Source: Chthoniobacterales bacterium (GTDB lineage: Bacteria; Verrucomicrobiota; Verrucomicrobiia; Chthoniobacterales; UBA10450). Taken from it: a stretch of DNA of 36,591 bases. Under the pieces are notes generated by a model that was not told the DNA's origin, searched no databases, and worked only from the letters and a program-made list of their open reading frames with translations. The stretch is taken from positions 1-36,591 of the forward strand of contig JBDUAZ010000039.1 in NCBI GenBank assembly GCA_040004385.1, given 5' to 3'. Each line of letters starts with the position of its first letter. The first letter of the stretch is position 1. Below are positions 1 to 7,772 of this stretch, piece by piece. A program made the translations under genes and the position numbers.

Positions 1-1218
1 GCCAAATGTCGCCAAGCCGAATTCCTCGTGCGTGACGCGGGCCGCACAATCGACCTCGCTCTCATGGACGACGACGGCAATTTTGATCTCGGAGGTTGAA
101 ATCAGCTGGATGTTGATTCCGGCACGCCCCAGGCAATCGAACATCCTCGACGCCACGCCTGAATGCGACCGCATCCCAATCCCAACCACACTCAGCTTCG
201 CGACTCCATTTTGCACCGAGATCCGCGACGCCCCAATTTCAGCGACTACAGGCGCTAGGAGCTTTTCGGTCTGCGGAAGTTCTGACTCGTGGATCGTAAA
301 GGAAATGTCGGTGGTGTCGCCTTCAGACACGTTTTGCACGATCATATCAACGATCACATTCGCGGCGGAAATCGCCGTAAAGACCCGCCCTGCGACCCCC
401 GGCTGATCAGGAACGCCTACAACAGTCACCTTCGCCTGCTTCCGATCAACGCTGACACCGCGGATGACGACGTCCTCCATGTTCGGCGTTTCTTCCTTCG
501 CGAGCGTTCCCGCCTTGGGGTTGAGGCTCGAGCGCACTTCAAATTCTACGCCAAACTTCTTTGCGAACTCGACCGCGCGAGATTGCATCACCTTCGCGCC
601 TGAGCCGGCCATCTCGAGCAGCTCGTCGTAGGCGATCTCATCCAGCTTGTGCGCGTCCGCGACCAGGCGTGGGTCACAGGTAAAAACGCCGTCCACGTCG
701 GTAAAAATCTGACAGACGTCTGCGCTTAAGGCGCCGGCGAGCGCGATTGCCGTCAAGTCCGAACCACCGCGGCCCAGAGTTGTCGTCTCGCCATCGGGCG
801 ACTGACCCTGAAATCCTGCGACAACCACGATGTAGTCATCGGCGAGGAGCTCGTGGATTTGCTTCGGCGTAATGTTCGCGATCTTCGCCTTTGTATGAAT
901 GCGATCGGTCAGGATCCCGGCTTGCGCGCCACTTAACGAAATAGCCTTACCGCCGAGCGCCTCGATTGCCATTGCGACCAGCGCGACGGCCGCCTGCTCT
1001 CCAGTGGCGAGTAATACATCCATCTCGCGTTCCGCCGGATGTGGTGAGGTTTCGCGCGCCAGCTTGATGAGATTATCGGTAACGCCAGCCATCGCCGAAA
1101 TGACGGCGACGACGCGCGAACCTTCGCGCTGCGTTTCGAGCAAACGTTGCGCGACGTTGCGAATCCGCTCCGGGTCAGCAACGGATGTGCCACCGTACTT
1201 TTGGACAATCAGACGCAT
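1..1218 (-). CDS. lysC: Aspartate kinase, 3' end truncated by the window edge (a few C-terminal residues missing)
   Basis: This gene is absent from the ORF track because it runs off the edge. My own translation of the minus strand from the ATG at 1218-1216 gives MRLIVQKYGGTSVADPERIRNVAQRLLETQREGSRVVAVISAMAGV, which carries the aspartokinase KYGGTS and SAM.GV motifs. A same-frame spot check at 601-660 reads ADAHKLDEIAYDELLEMAGS. The frame ends exactly at position 1 with ...RVTHEEFGLATFG. I did not check every codon for stops. Confidence 0.88.
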   Translation of the reverse strand, partial: MRLIVQKYGGTSVADPERIRNVAQRLLETQREGSRVVAVISAMAGVTDNLIKLARETSPHPAEREMDVLLATGEQAAVALVAMAIEALGGKAISLSGAQAGILTDRIHTKAKIANITPKQIHELLADDYIVVVAGFQGQSPDGETTTLGRGGSDLTAIALAGALSADVCQIFTDVDGVFTCDPRLVADAHKLDEIAYDELLEMAGSGAKVMQSRAVEFAKKFGVEFEVRSSLNPKAGTLAKEETPNMEDVVIRGVSVDRKQAKVTVVGVPDQPGVAGRVFTAISAANVIVDMIVQNVSEGDTTDISFTIHESELPQTEKLLAPVVAEIGASRISVQNGVAKLSVVGIGMRSHSGVASRMFDCLGRAGINIQLISTSEIKIAVVVHESEVDCAARVTHEEFGLATFG

Positions 1219-1301
1219 GAAAACTTAGTCGCCGGGCGGCAATCGCTCCAGCGCCATGCTTGTGCGCTATGATGCGGCGATGTCAACTTCGACCCTGTCT
1301 T

Positions 1302-2402
1302 TTATAGGCCGATCGCGCGCAACACATCACTTTCGTTCGCTGCGATCGGCTTGATGTCGGTGAGCGGAATCGATTCTGGATCTTTCAAACCGTGTCCGGT
1401 CACCGTGCAAACGATGATGCTTCCTGTGCGGACATTCATGAAAGAAAGAGCCGACTGACTGTCCGCCTCGCAGCATTTGAATAGCCCCGCGATCGAGGCC
1501 GCGCTTGCCGGCTCCACGAAAATTCCTTCATTCCGCGCCAGCCATTGTTGTGCGGCGAGGATTTCGGCATCGGTAACGATATCAATCGCTCCTCGAGACT
1601 CGTCGATCGCGCGCCGCGCTGATTTCCAACTCGCCGGATTCCCGATCCGGATTGCCGACGCGACCGTTTCCGGTGCTTCGATGATTTTGTCATGAAAGAT
1701 CGGCGCCGCGTCCGCTGCTTGAAAGCCAACCATCGCTGGCAGAAGCGATGTGATCTGCGCATCTCGATATTTCCGATAGCCTTCCCAATAGGCGGTGATA
1801 TTTCCCGCGTTGCCGACCGGGAGCAGGTGGAGGTCCGGTGCATTGCCAAGTTCATCACAAACTTCGAATGCCGCCGTGGTCTGGCCCGCTATGCGGTCCG
1901 GATTGATCGAATTAACTATCGCGAAATCCGGTCGCGTGCCGATCGCGCGCACAATCCGCAGTGCGGTATCGAAATTACCTTCGATCGCGACGACACTGGC
2001 TCCGTACGCGATCGCCTGAACCAGTTTTCCGGAGGCGATTTTGCCCGCGGGAAGAATTACCGCGCAGCGAATGCCCGCACGCGCGGCGTAGGCGGCTGCC
2101 GATGCCGAAGTGTTGCCGGTAGAGGCGCAGACGATCACGGCGATCCCCTTCTCTACCGCTTTCGAAACAGCGACCGTCATGCCGCGATCTTTAAATGAAC
2201 CGGTGGGGTTCAGGCCTTCGTATTTGATGAACACCCTGCAGTCCCGTCCCACTTTTGCGCTCAACCGCGGTGAATAAATCAACGGCGTTCCACCTTCGCC
2301 TAACGACACGACCGGCGTTGTCTCAGCGACCGGGAGAAATTGACGATACCGCTCGATCACTCCCCTGCCCCGCATTCCGATTTGGTGCACAGGCGTATCC
2401 AT
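1302..2402 (-). CDS. thrC: Threonine synthase (PLP-dependent, short form)
   Basis: ORF 1302..2501 contains GVIERYRQFLPV...VSLGEGGTPL...YEGLNPTGSFKDRGMTVAVSKA, including the PLP-lysine motif SFKDRG. I trimmed the start to the ATG at 2402 (MDTPVHQIGMRGRGVIERY) because the upstream 33 codons are Arg/Cys-rich and look non-coding. The ATG at 2375 is an alternative start. Confidence 0.9.
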   Translation of the reverse strand: MDTPVHQIGMRGRGVIERYRQFLPVAETTPVVSLGEGGTPLIYSPRLSAKVGRDCRVFIKYEGLNPTGSFKDRGMTVAVSKAVEKGIAVIVCASTGNTSASAAAYAARAGIRCAVILPAGKIASGKLVQAIAYGASVVAIEGNFDTALRIVRAIGTRPDFAIVNSINPDRIAGQTTAAFEVCDELGNAPDLHLLPVGNAGNITAYWEGYRKYRDAQITSLLPAMVGFQAADAAPIFHDKIIEAPETVASAIRIGNPASWKSARRAIDESRGAIDIVTDAEILAAQQWLARNEGIFVEPASAASIAGLFKCCEADSQSALSFMNVRTGSIIVCTVTGHGLKDPESIPLTDIKPIAANESDVLRAIGL

Positions 2403-2460
2403 CACCAAGTCTCTATACCGAATTTGGATTCGATGCATGCGTGGAACGCCCGCCTCACCA

Positions 2461-2501
2461 TTGCAAAACCTGCGCGTAACGGGGCGCGAAAGCCGTTGCA
2501 A
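2461..2501. repeat. Pair of TTGCAA palindromes (2461-2466, 2496-2501) flanking a GC-rich segment in the thrC / dehydrogenase divergent spacer
   Basis: Read directly as TTGCAAaacctgcgcgtaacggggcgcgaaagccgTTGCAA. The inner segments aacgg/ccgtt and cgcg/cgcg are also self-complementary. The function is unknown. Confidence 0.3.
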
Positions 2502-2563
2502 ATCCCATCCTCCTGTCTTCCCTTAGGAGCGCGTTCCTACGCCGACCTTGATTACGTTTCGCT

Positions 2564-5500
2564 ATGCCCGAGCTGAGCAAAAAAGATAAACTTCGCCTCC
2601 TCACTATTCTTCTGGAGAGTCGGCACGGCGATCTGCGCGAAGAGAATCTAAACCGGCAGGGCAAAGGCCATTTCCACGTCTCCGGGATGGGCCACGAAGC
2701 CCTTGCCGTCCTCGCCTTTGCGATGAACGACGGCGACTACGTCTGCCCGTATTATCGCGATCGCGGTCTCGTGCTCGGTCGCGGAGTCGCTTCGCGCGAA
2801 CTCGCGCTCGATTATTTTGCGAAGCGAAAAGGCCAAAGTCACGGGCGGCAGATGCCGTCGCATTACAGTTACGCCGAGCGCCATATCTGGAGCGTGCCGA
2901 CGCCGACCGGTTCGCAACTACTTCCGGCATGCGGCATTGCCTGGGGAATCACACTCGATAACAAGCCGAACGTTGTAGTGGCGACAATTGGCGACGCCGC
3001 AACGCGACAGGGAGATTTTTTCGAAGCCGTTTGTTTCGCGAAAGAAAAAAAACTTCCGGTGCTCTTCGTCGTTGAGGACAACAAGTACGGCATCAGCAGT
3101 CCCACGCGCAAAATCAATCCGCGTGCGCTGGATGTTTTGCAGCCTAACGACTGGCGCGAGATCGACGGCGCGGATTGCCAGCAAGTTTATGATGCGGGTG
3201 TTGAGGCATTCGACTCGATGCGCGCCGGTAACGGTCCCGCATTTTTTTGGGTAAACATGGAACGCCTCTCAAGTCACACGAGCAGTGACGATCAGAAACT
3301 TTATCGCAGCGCCGAGGAGCTTCAGGATTTGGAGAAAGGCGACCCTCTTCGCGCCTGGAGCCAGCGACTCATCGCCGAGAAAATTATTGGCACGGAAGAA
3401 TACGAGAAGCTGGATAAGGAAATAAAGGAACGAATTCGCCAGGAGTTTGTCGAAGCCGATCGCGCGGAAAATCCGACCGCGGACGAACTCGAACTGCACG
3501 TCGTCGCGGAATTTCCTCAGCTCGACGATGAGGTGTTGCCCGCGGGGAAATATCGGATTGGCGATACCGTCAACAAGACCCTGCGTCAGGGTCTCGAGAA
3601 AGATGCACGACGCATTATTTTCGGCCAGGACGTAGAGGATCCGAAAGGCGGCGTGTTCCGCCTGACGCAAAAGCTGTCGACCGAATTTCCGAAGCAGGTT
3701 TACAACTCGCCCCTCGCCGAATCGACGATCCTGGGTGTGGCCTGCGGTCTCGCTTCCTACGGAAAACGGCCCGTGTTCGAGCTGCAGTTTATTGACTTCA
3801 TCGGACCTGGTTGGAACCAGCTCGTGACGAATTTGTCCACGCTCCGCTGGCGATCGTTTGGAACCTGGACCTGCCCCGCCGTGATCTACGCGCCCTACGG
3901 CGCGTACTTGCCGGGCGGAAGCCTTTGGCACAGCCAGGCGAACGAAGCGGCGCTGGCCCACTATCCTGGAATTAATGTCGTGATCCCGAGTACGCCGGAG
4001 GACGCCGCCGGGCTCCTCTGGACCGCGATGCACTGCGAAGATCCGACGATCGTTTTGATTCCAAAGCACTTGCTTTGGGCCGAACACGAATCCGCTGAAC
4101 CCATTCGCGCGGTGCCGCTCGGAGTGGCGCGAAAAAGGAAGAGTGGCTCGGACGTTACATTGGTGGCTTGGGGCAATACCGTCGAGAAATCACTCGAAGC
4201 GGTTGAGCAAATTGGCAATGAGGTCAGCATCGATCTGATCGATCTGAGATCGATCGTGCCGTGGGATCGCACCGCGATCGAAGAATCGGTTCGGCGGACC
4301 GGACGGCTCATTGTCGTGCAAGAGGACAGCGAGAACTGCAGCGTCGGCCAGATGATTATTTCGCACATCGCGGCGATGCCGGACGTTTGGAGCGAGCTCG
4401 CCAGTCCGCCGATTCTCGTTAGCAAAAAGAATGTGATGATCGGCTACAACCCCATCTACGAATATGCGGCGCTACCGGACGTCGAGCGGATTGTCGCCGC
4501 GGTGAAGACCGCCATGTCGATGCGGGGAGAACGCGTTGCATCAGTCTCGTCGCCGGAAAGTATTGCGACTTCGATCACAAAGTCAGATGCAGAGCAAAAA
4601 CCGTCACGGACGACCCAGCAACGCGCGCAGAGCGTGACGGTGCCGATCATGGGCGAAGGAATTCGCAACGCGAAAGTCGTCGCATTGCTGAAAAACCCGG
4701 GGGACCCGATCGAGCTCGACGATCCGTTGTGCGAAGTGGAAACCGACAAGGCGGTCTACCCTATCGAGTCGTCGTTCGCCGGCGTAATGGGTGAATGGAA
4801 AACGGAAGTCGGCGCGACAGTCGACATCGGCCAGGAGATCGGCACCATTTTAAGCTCGGAGTCGTCGTGGGCCGATCAACTTGAAAGCGCGGCGGACACT
4901 TCACCAGATGGTGTAGCTGCCGCTGTCACAGCGGCAGAGGCCAACGGCGCGAAACCTGACCCAGCGCAAACTGTGGCGGCAGGCGTGTCGCCTGTAAAAC
5001 CCGGAGGCCCGCAGCCGGTACGGCTGCCACCACAACGCAAATCGCCGGCAATCGAACCAGCCCTCTCCCCTACGATCACGCGCCGTCTCGGCCGGGTCGT
5101 GCCCGCGAATCTGCAAATCGACGCGCGATGGGGTGGTATTAGAAAAGCTCGCGACGCAGCAAAAAAAACTGATGGCAAAAATGCGGCATCGCCTTCGGTA
5201 ATGATCGCGTGGGCGGTCGTGCGCGCGATGGAAAAACACGCTTCATTCCGTCGCATCATGCTCGAAGACGATTCGATCGTAGAGAACGAGGAGTTCGATC
5301 TCGGCGTTGCTGTCGCGCTGGAGGGCGATCGCCTCGCAACTGCGGTCGTCACTCACGCAAACGCGCGCGACTGGCCCGACTTCGTGCAGCGTTACAATGA
5401 GACGGTGGAAGAAACCCGCGCCGGCCGCGTGGATGCGGTAAATGCGCCGATTGTAATCAGCAGTCTCGGAGCGTTTGGAGTGCGCGCGGCCGCTCCCATT

Positions 5501-5719
5501 GTGGTGCCGCCATCGGTCGGGACCCTTTTTGTTGGCTCGGCGCATCACGAGATCTTCGGCGACGGCAACAACAGCAAGCCGGCAGAAGTGATAACGCTCT
5601 CGCTCACGTTCGACCATCGTGTTGTGAACGGCGCGGGTGCGGCGAGCTTCGTCCACGAAATTAAAGAGCAGATTGAGAATTTCAAAATCCCGAGTGCCGC
5701 CGCAGTTCGTCGTGCATAA
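2564..5719 (+). CDS. Fused 2-oxoacid dehydrogenase: E1 alpha + E1 beta + lipoyl domain + E2 acyltransferase catalytic core in one 1051-aa polypeptide
   Basis: E1alpha (about aa 1-320) has the TPP motif GDAATRQGDFFEAVCFAKEKKLPVLFVVEDNKYGIS. E1beta (about aa 330-650) has FGQDVEDPKGGVFRLT and NSPLAESTILGVACGLA. The lipoyl domain (about aa 691-763) has CEVETDKAV, with the lipoyl-lysine codon at 4748-4750. An Ala/Pro-rich linker spans aa 764-825. The E2 core (aa 826-1051) has ISSLGAFG and LTFDHRVVNGAGAASF, with the catalytic His codon at 5615-5617. Confidence 0.85.
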   Translation: MPELSKKDKLRLLTILLESRHGDLREENLNRQGKGHFHVSGMGHEALAVLAFAMNDGDYVCPYYRDRGLVLGRGVASRELALDYFAKRKGQSHGRQMPSHYSYAERHIWSVPTPTGSQLLPACGIAWGITLDNKPNVVVATIGDAATRQGDFFEAVCFAKEKKLPVLFVVEDNKYGISSPTRKINPRALDVLQPNDWREIDGADCQQVYDAGVEAFDSMRAGNGPAFFWVNMERLSSHTSSDDQKLYRSAEELQDLEKGDPLRAWSQRLIAEKIIGTEEYEKLDKEIKERIRQEFVEADRAENPTADELELHVVAEFPQLDDEVLPAGKYRIGDTVNKTLRQGLEKDARRIIFGQDVEDPKGGVFRLTQKLSTEFPKQVYNSPLAESTILGVACGLASYGKRPVFELQFIDFIGPGWNQLVTNLSTLRWRSFGTWTCPAVIYAPYGAYLPGGSLWHSQANEAALAHYPGINVVIPSTPEDAAGLLWTAMHCEDPTIVLIPKHLLWAEHESAEPIRAVPLGVARKRKSGSDVTLVAWGNTVEKSLEAVEQIGNEVSIDLIDLRSIVPWDRTAIEESVRRTGRLIVVQEDSENCSVGQMIISHIAAMPDVWSELASPPILVSKKNVMIGYNPIYEYAALPDVERIVAAVKTAMSMRGERVASVSSPESIATSITKSDAEQKPSRTTQQRAQSVTVPIMGEGIRNAKVVALLKNPGDPIELDDPLCEVETDKAVYPIESSFAGVMGEWKTEVGATVDIGQEIGTILSSESSWADQLESAADTSPDGVAAAVTAAEANGAKPDPAQTVAAGVSPVKPGGPQPVRLPPQRKSPAIEPALSPTITRRLGRVVPANLQIDARWGGIRKARDAAKKTDGKNAASPSVMIAWAVVRAMEKHASFRRIMLEDDSIVENEEFDLGVAVALEGDRLATAVVTHANARDWPDFVQRYNETVEETRAGRVDAVNAPIVISSLGAFGVRAAAPIVVPPSVGTLFVGSAHHEIFGDGNNSKPAEVITLSLTFDHRVVNGAGAASFVHEIKEQIENFKIPSAAAVRRA

Positions 5720-7772
5720 GCGCGAATACTTCACTCCCGCCGTATTTGAATCGACGCGACTGCGTGTTGCGTTCGTGGCCGTCATCACTTGCGCGGCGTC
5801 GTTGTTAAACGCTGAAACGCCACGGGCATTACAGCCCGAAGATTTCGCCGCTTTGCGGGAAGTGAATGAGCCGAATCTGTCGCCCGATGGTGATGCTGCG
5901 GTTTACATCGTTAAAACAGTCGACCTCGGCAAAGACAAGCAGGCAGCGAATTTGTGGCTCGCGAAATGGGACGGCTCGGAAAATCGCGCGCTCACCTTCG
6001 GCCTGGAAAAGCAAAGTCATCCGCGCTGGAGCCCTGACGGTAAATGGATCGGCTTTTTATCCGGCCGAACAGACGAGAACGAAAACGATCAGCTCTGGAT
6101 TCTTTCCAGCCGCGGCGGCGAAGCGGAACGGATCACGGAAATCAAAGGGAGTGTCGATGACTTCGCGTGGTCACCTGATTCGAAACGCATGGTGCTGGTG
6201 ATTCACGAACCGGATCCGCGCGAGCCGGAAGCGAAGGAGAAAGAAAAGAAGACCGTTCCGCCGCTGGTGATCGATCGACTTCATTTCAAACAGGACATCG
6301 AGGGCTACCTCACCGCCCGATACTCGCATTTGCATCTCCTCGACCTCGCTACGCGCAAGATGGAGCAGCTGACGAGCGGCGCGCACGATGATGTTCTGCC
6401 GGCATGGTCTCCGGATGGCGCCGACATCGCATTCGTAAGCAAACGTGGCGATGATCCGGACCGCTCGGAGAATTGGGACATCTATATTGCCGCTGCGCGC
6501 GCCGGCGGAAAGGAGCGCCAGCTAACCACTTCACCCGAAACGGACGCGCATCCGGATTGGCAGAGCGCTCCAGCGTGGAGTCCAGATGGCAAAACCATTG
6601 CCTACATCCACGGCGGCGATCCGAAGATGATCGAATACGCGGTGCATTCGCTCGCGACCATTCCAAGCGCGGGCGGGGAGGCGCGAATCATGACGGAGAA
6701 ACTCGATCGAAACGTTACGCAGCCCCACTGGTCCGCCGACGGCAAATCAGTTTTTGGTGTGATCGAAGATGATGGGGCACAATATCTCTCGCGCATTCCT
6801 GCAGCGGGCGGGGCACCGCAGGCGTTCGTAGGCGGACGACGAAAAGTGAACGCCTACGACGTGGCCTCGAATGGCCGCGTCATTGTGCTCGCGAGCACGC
6901 CAGAGAGGCCGCACGAGATCTTCGCTGCCGAGGGTGCGGGGTTACGTTGCCTCTCGAAACAGAATGACGCTTTTCTCGCCCAAGTTCGAATCGCGGGTGT
7001 CGAAGAAACGAAGTGCAAGAGCTTGGACGGGACAGACGTTCATGGGTTCGTCTTGCGATCGCTGGATCCACCTTCGGCGCCAACAAAGGCACCCGCGCTA
7101 CTGCGTCCGCATGGTGGCCCGCAGTCGCAATATGCGAGCGAATTTAACTTCGAAGCGCAACTCTTCGCTGCGAATGGATACGCGGTAATTTTGCCGAACC
7201 CCCGCGGCTCCACGGGTCGTGGCAACGATTACGCGATGGGCCTTTACGCGGACTGGGGACATCGCGATGTGGAAGATGACCTCGCTGCCCTCGACGACGC
7301 GATTGCGCGGGGCATTGCTGATCCCGAACGCCTCGGCGTTGGCGGGTGGAGCTACGGCGGCATCGCGACTAATTATTTGATTGCTACGACGACGCGGTTC
7401 AAAGCGGCAACGAGTGGCGCCTCTATTTCCAATGTGACTGCGGGTTTTGGAACAGATCAATACATACGCGACTACCAATATGAACTCGGACCGCCATGGA
7501 AAAATCCGGAGGCCTGGGCACGCATTTCGTATCCATTTCTCCATGCCGACCGCATCAAGACTCCGACGTTGTTCCTCTGCGGCGAGCGCGATTTCAACGT
7601 GCCACTACTTAACAGCGAACAAATGTACGCCGCCCTGCGCAGCCAGGGAATTGCAACTGAGCTCGTGATTTATCCCGGTCAGTTTCACAGTCTCAAGAAA
7701 CCGAGCTACGTGATCGACCGTTACAAACGCTATCTCGATTGGTACAGGAAATGGATCGGCGCTACGCACTAG
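5712..7772 (+). CDS. S9 family serine peptidase (prolyl oligopeptidase / acylaminoacyl-peptidase type), secreted
   Basis: Repeated beta-propeller WSPDG blades are present (WSPDGKWIGFLS, WSPDSKRMVLV, WSPDGADIAFVS, WSPDGKTIAYIH, WSADGKSVFGV). The C-terminal alpha/beta hydrolase domain has the nucleophile elbow GVGGWSYGG, plus GERDFNVP (Asp) and GQFHSL (His). A signal-peptide-like RLRVAFVAVITCAASLLNA is present. The track ORF starts at 5637 inside the previous gene; I prefer the in-frame GTG at 5712. The start is uncertain. Confidence 0.82.
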   Translation: MHKREYFTPAVFESTRLRVAFVAVITCAASLLNAETPRALQPEDFAALREVNEPNLSPDGDAAVYIVKTVDLGKDKQAANLWLAKWDGSENRALTFGLEKQSHPRWSPDGKWIGFLSGRTDENENDQLWILSSRGGEAERITEIKGSVDDFAWSPDSKRMVLVIHEPDPREPEAKEKEKKTVPPLVIDRLHFKQDIEGYLTARYSHLHLLDLATRKMEQLTSGAHDDVLPAWSPDGADIAFVSKRGDDPDRSENWDIYIAAARAGGKERQLTTSPETDAHPDWQSAPAWSPDGKTIAYIHGGDPKMIEYAVHSLATIPSAGGEARIMTEKLDRNVTQPHWSADGKSVFGVIEDDGAQYLSRIPAAGGAPQAFVGGRRKVNAYDVASNGRVIVLASTPERPHEIFAAEGAGLRCLSKQNDAFLAQVRIAGVEETKCKSLDGTDVHGFVLRSLDPPSAPTKAPALLRPHGGPQSQYASEFNFEAQLFAANGYAVILPNPRGSTGRGNDYAMGLYADWGHRDVEDDLAALDDAIARGIADPERLGVGGWSYGGIATNYLIATTTRFKAATSGASISNVTAGFGTDQYIRDYQYELGPPWKNPEAWARISYPFLHADRIKTPTLFLCGERDFNVPLLNSEQMYAALRSQGIATELVIYPGQFHSLKKPSYVIDRYKRYLDWYRKWIGATH

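Noticed and set aside
1219-1301. Possible lysine riboswitch or independent promoter between thrC and lysC. A perfect TTGACA occurs on the minus strand.
   Set aside because: The 83-nt spacer is too short for an L-box, which is well over 150 nt. No -10-like hexamer lies at 16-18 nt spacing from the TTGACA. I cannot support a call.
1302-2501. N-terminal extensions of track ORFs: thrC to 2501, peptidase from 5637, crotonase to 11029, secreted protein to 25812, nuoB from 19202 and adaptor from 34237.
   Set aside because: The extensions overlap neighbouring genes or spacers, have atypical composition, and precede much better family-consistent or signal-peptide-consistent starts. I trimmed them in the feature list, but the exact starts remain uncertain.
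3269-4087. Long antisense ORFs inside well-supported genes: 3269..4087(-), 3961..4425(-), 8987..9409(-), 10448..10897(+), 12276..13046(+), 14511..15224(-), 25962..26645(-), 28189..28671(-), 34924..35526(-) and 35577..36002(-).
   Set aside because: Each lies fully within, and opposite to, a gene with clear family motifs. Their translations are Arg/Gly/Ala/Ser/Cys-rich with no recognisable motifs. Long shadow ORFs are expected in GC-rich DNA. I found no evidence of genuine overlapping genes.
5612-5632. The E2 active-site motif reads DHRVVNG rather than the textbook DHRxxDG.
   Set aside because: The Asp-to-Asn variant is a known natural form: Azotobacter vinelandii E2p uses His610/Asn614. It is therefore not evidence of inactivation or novelty.
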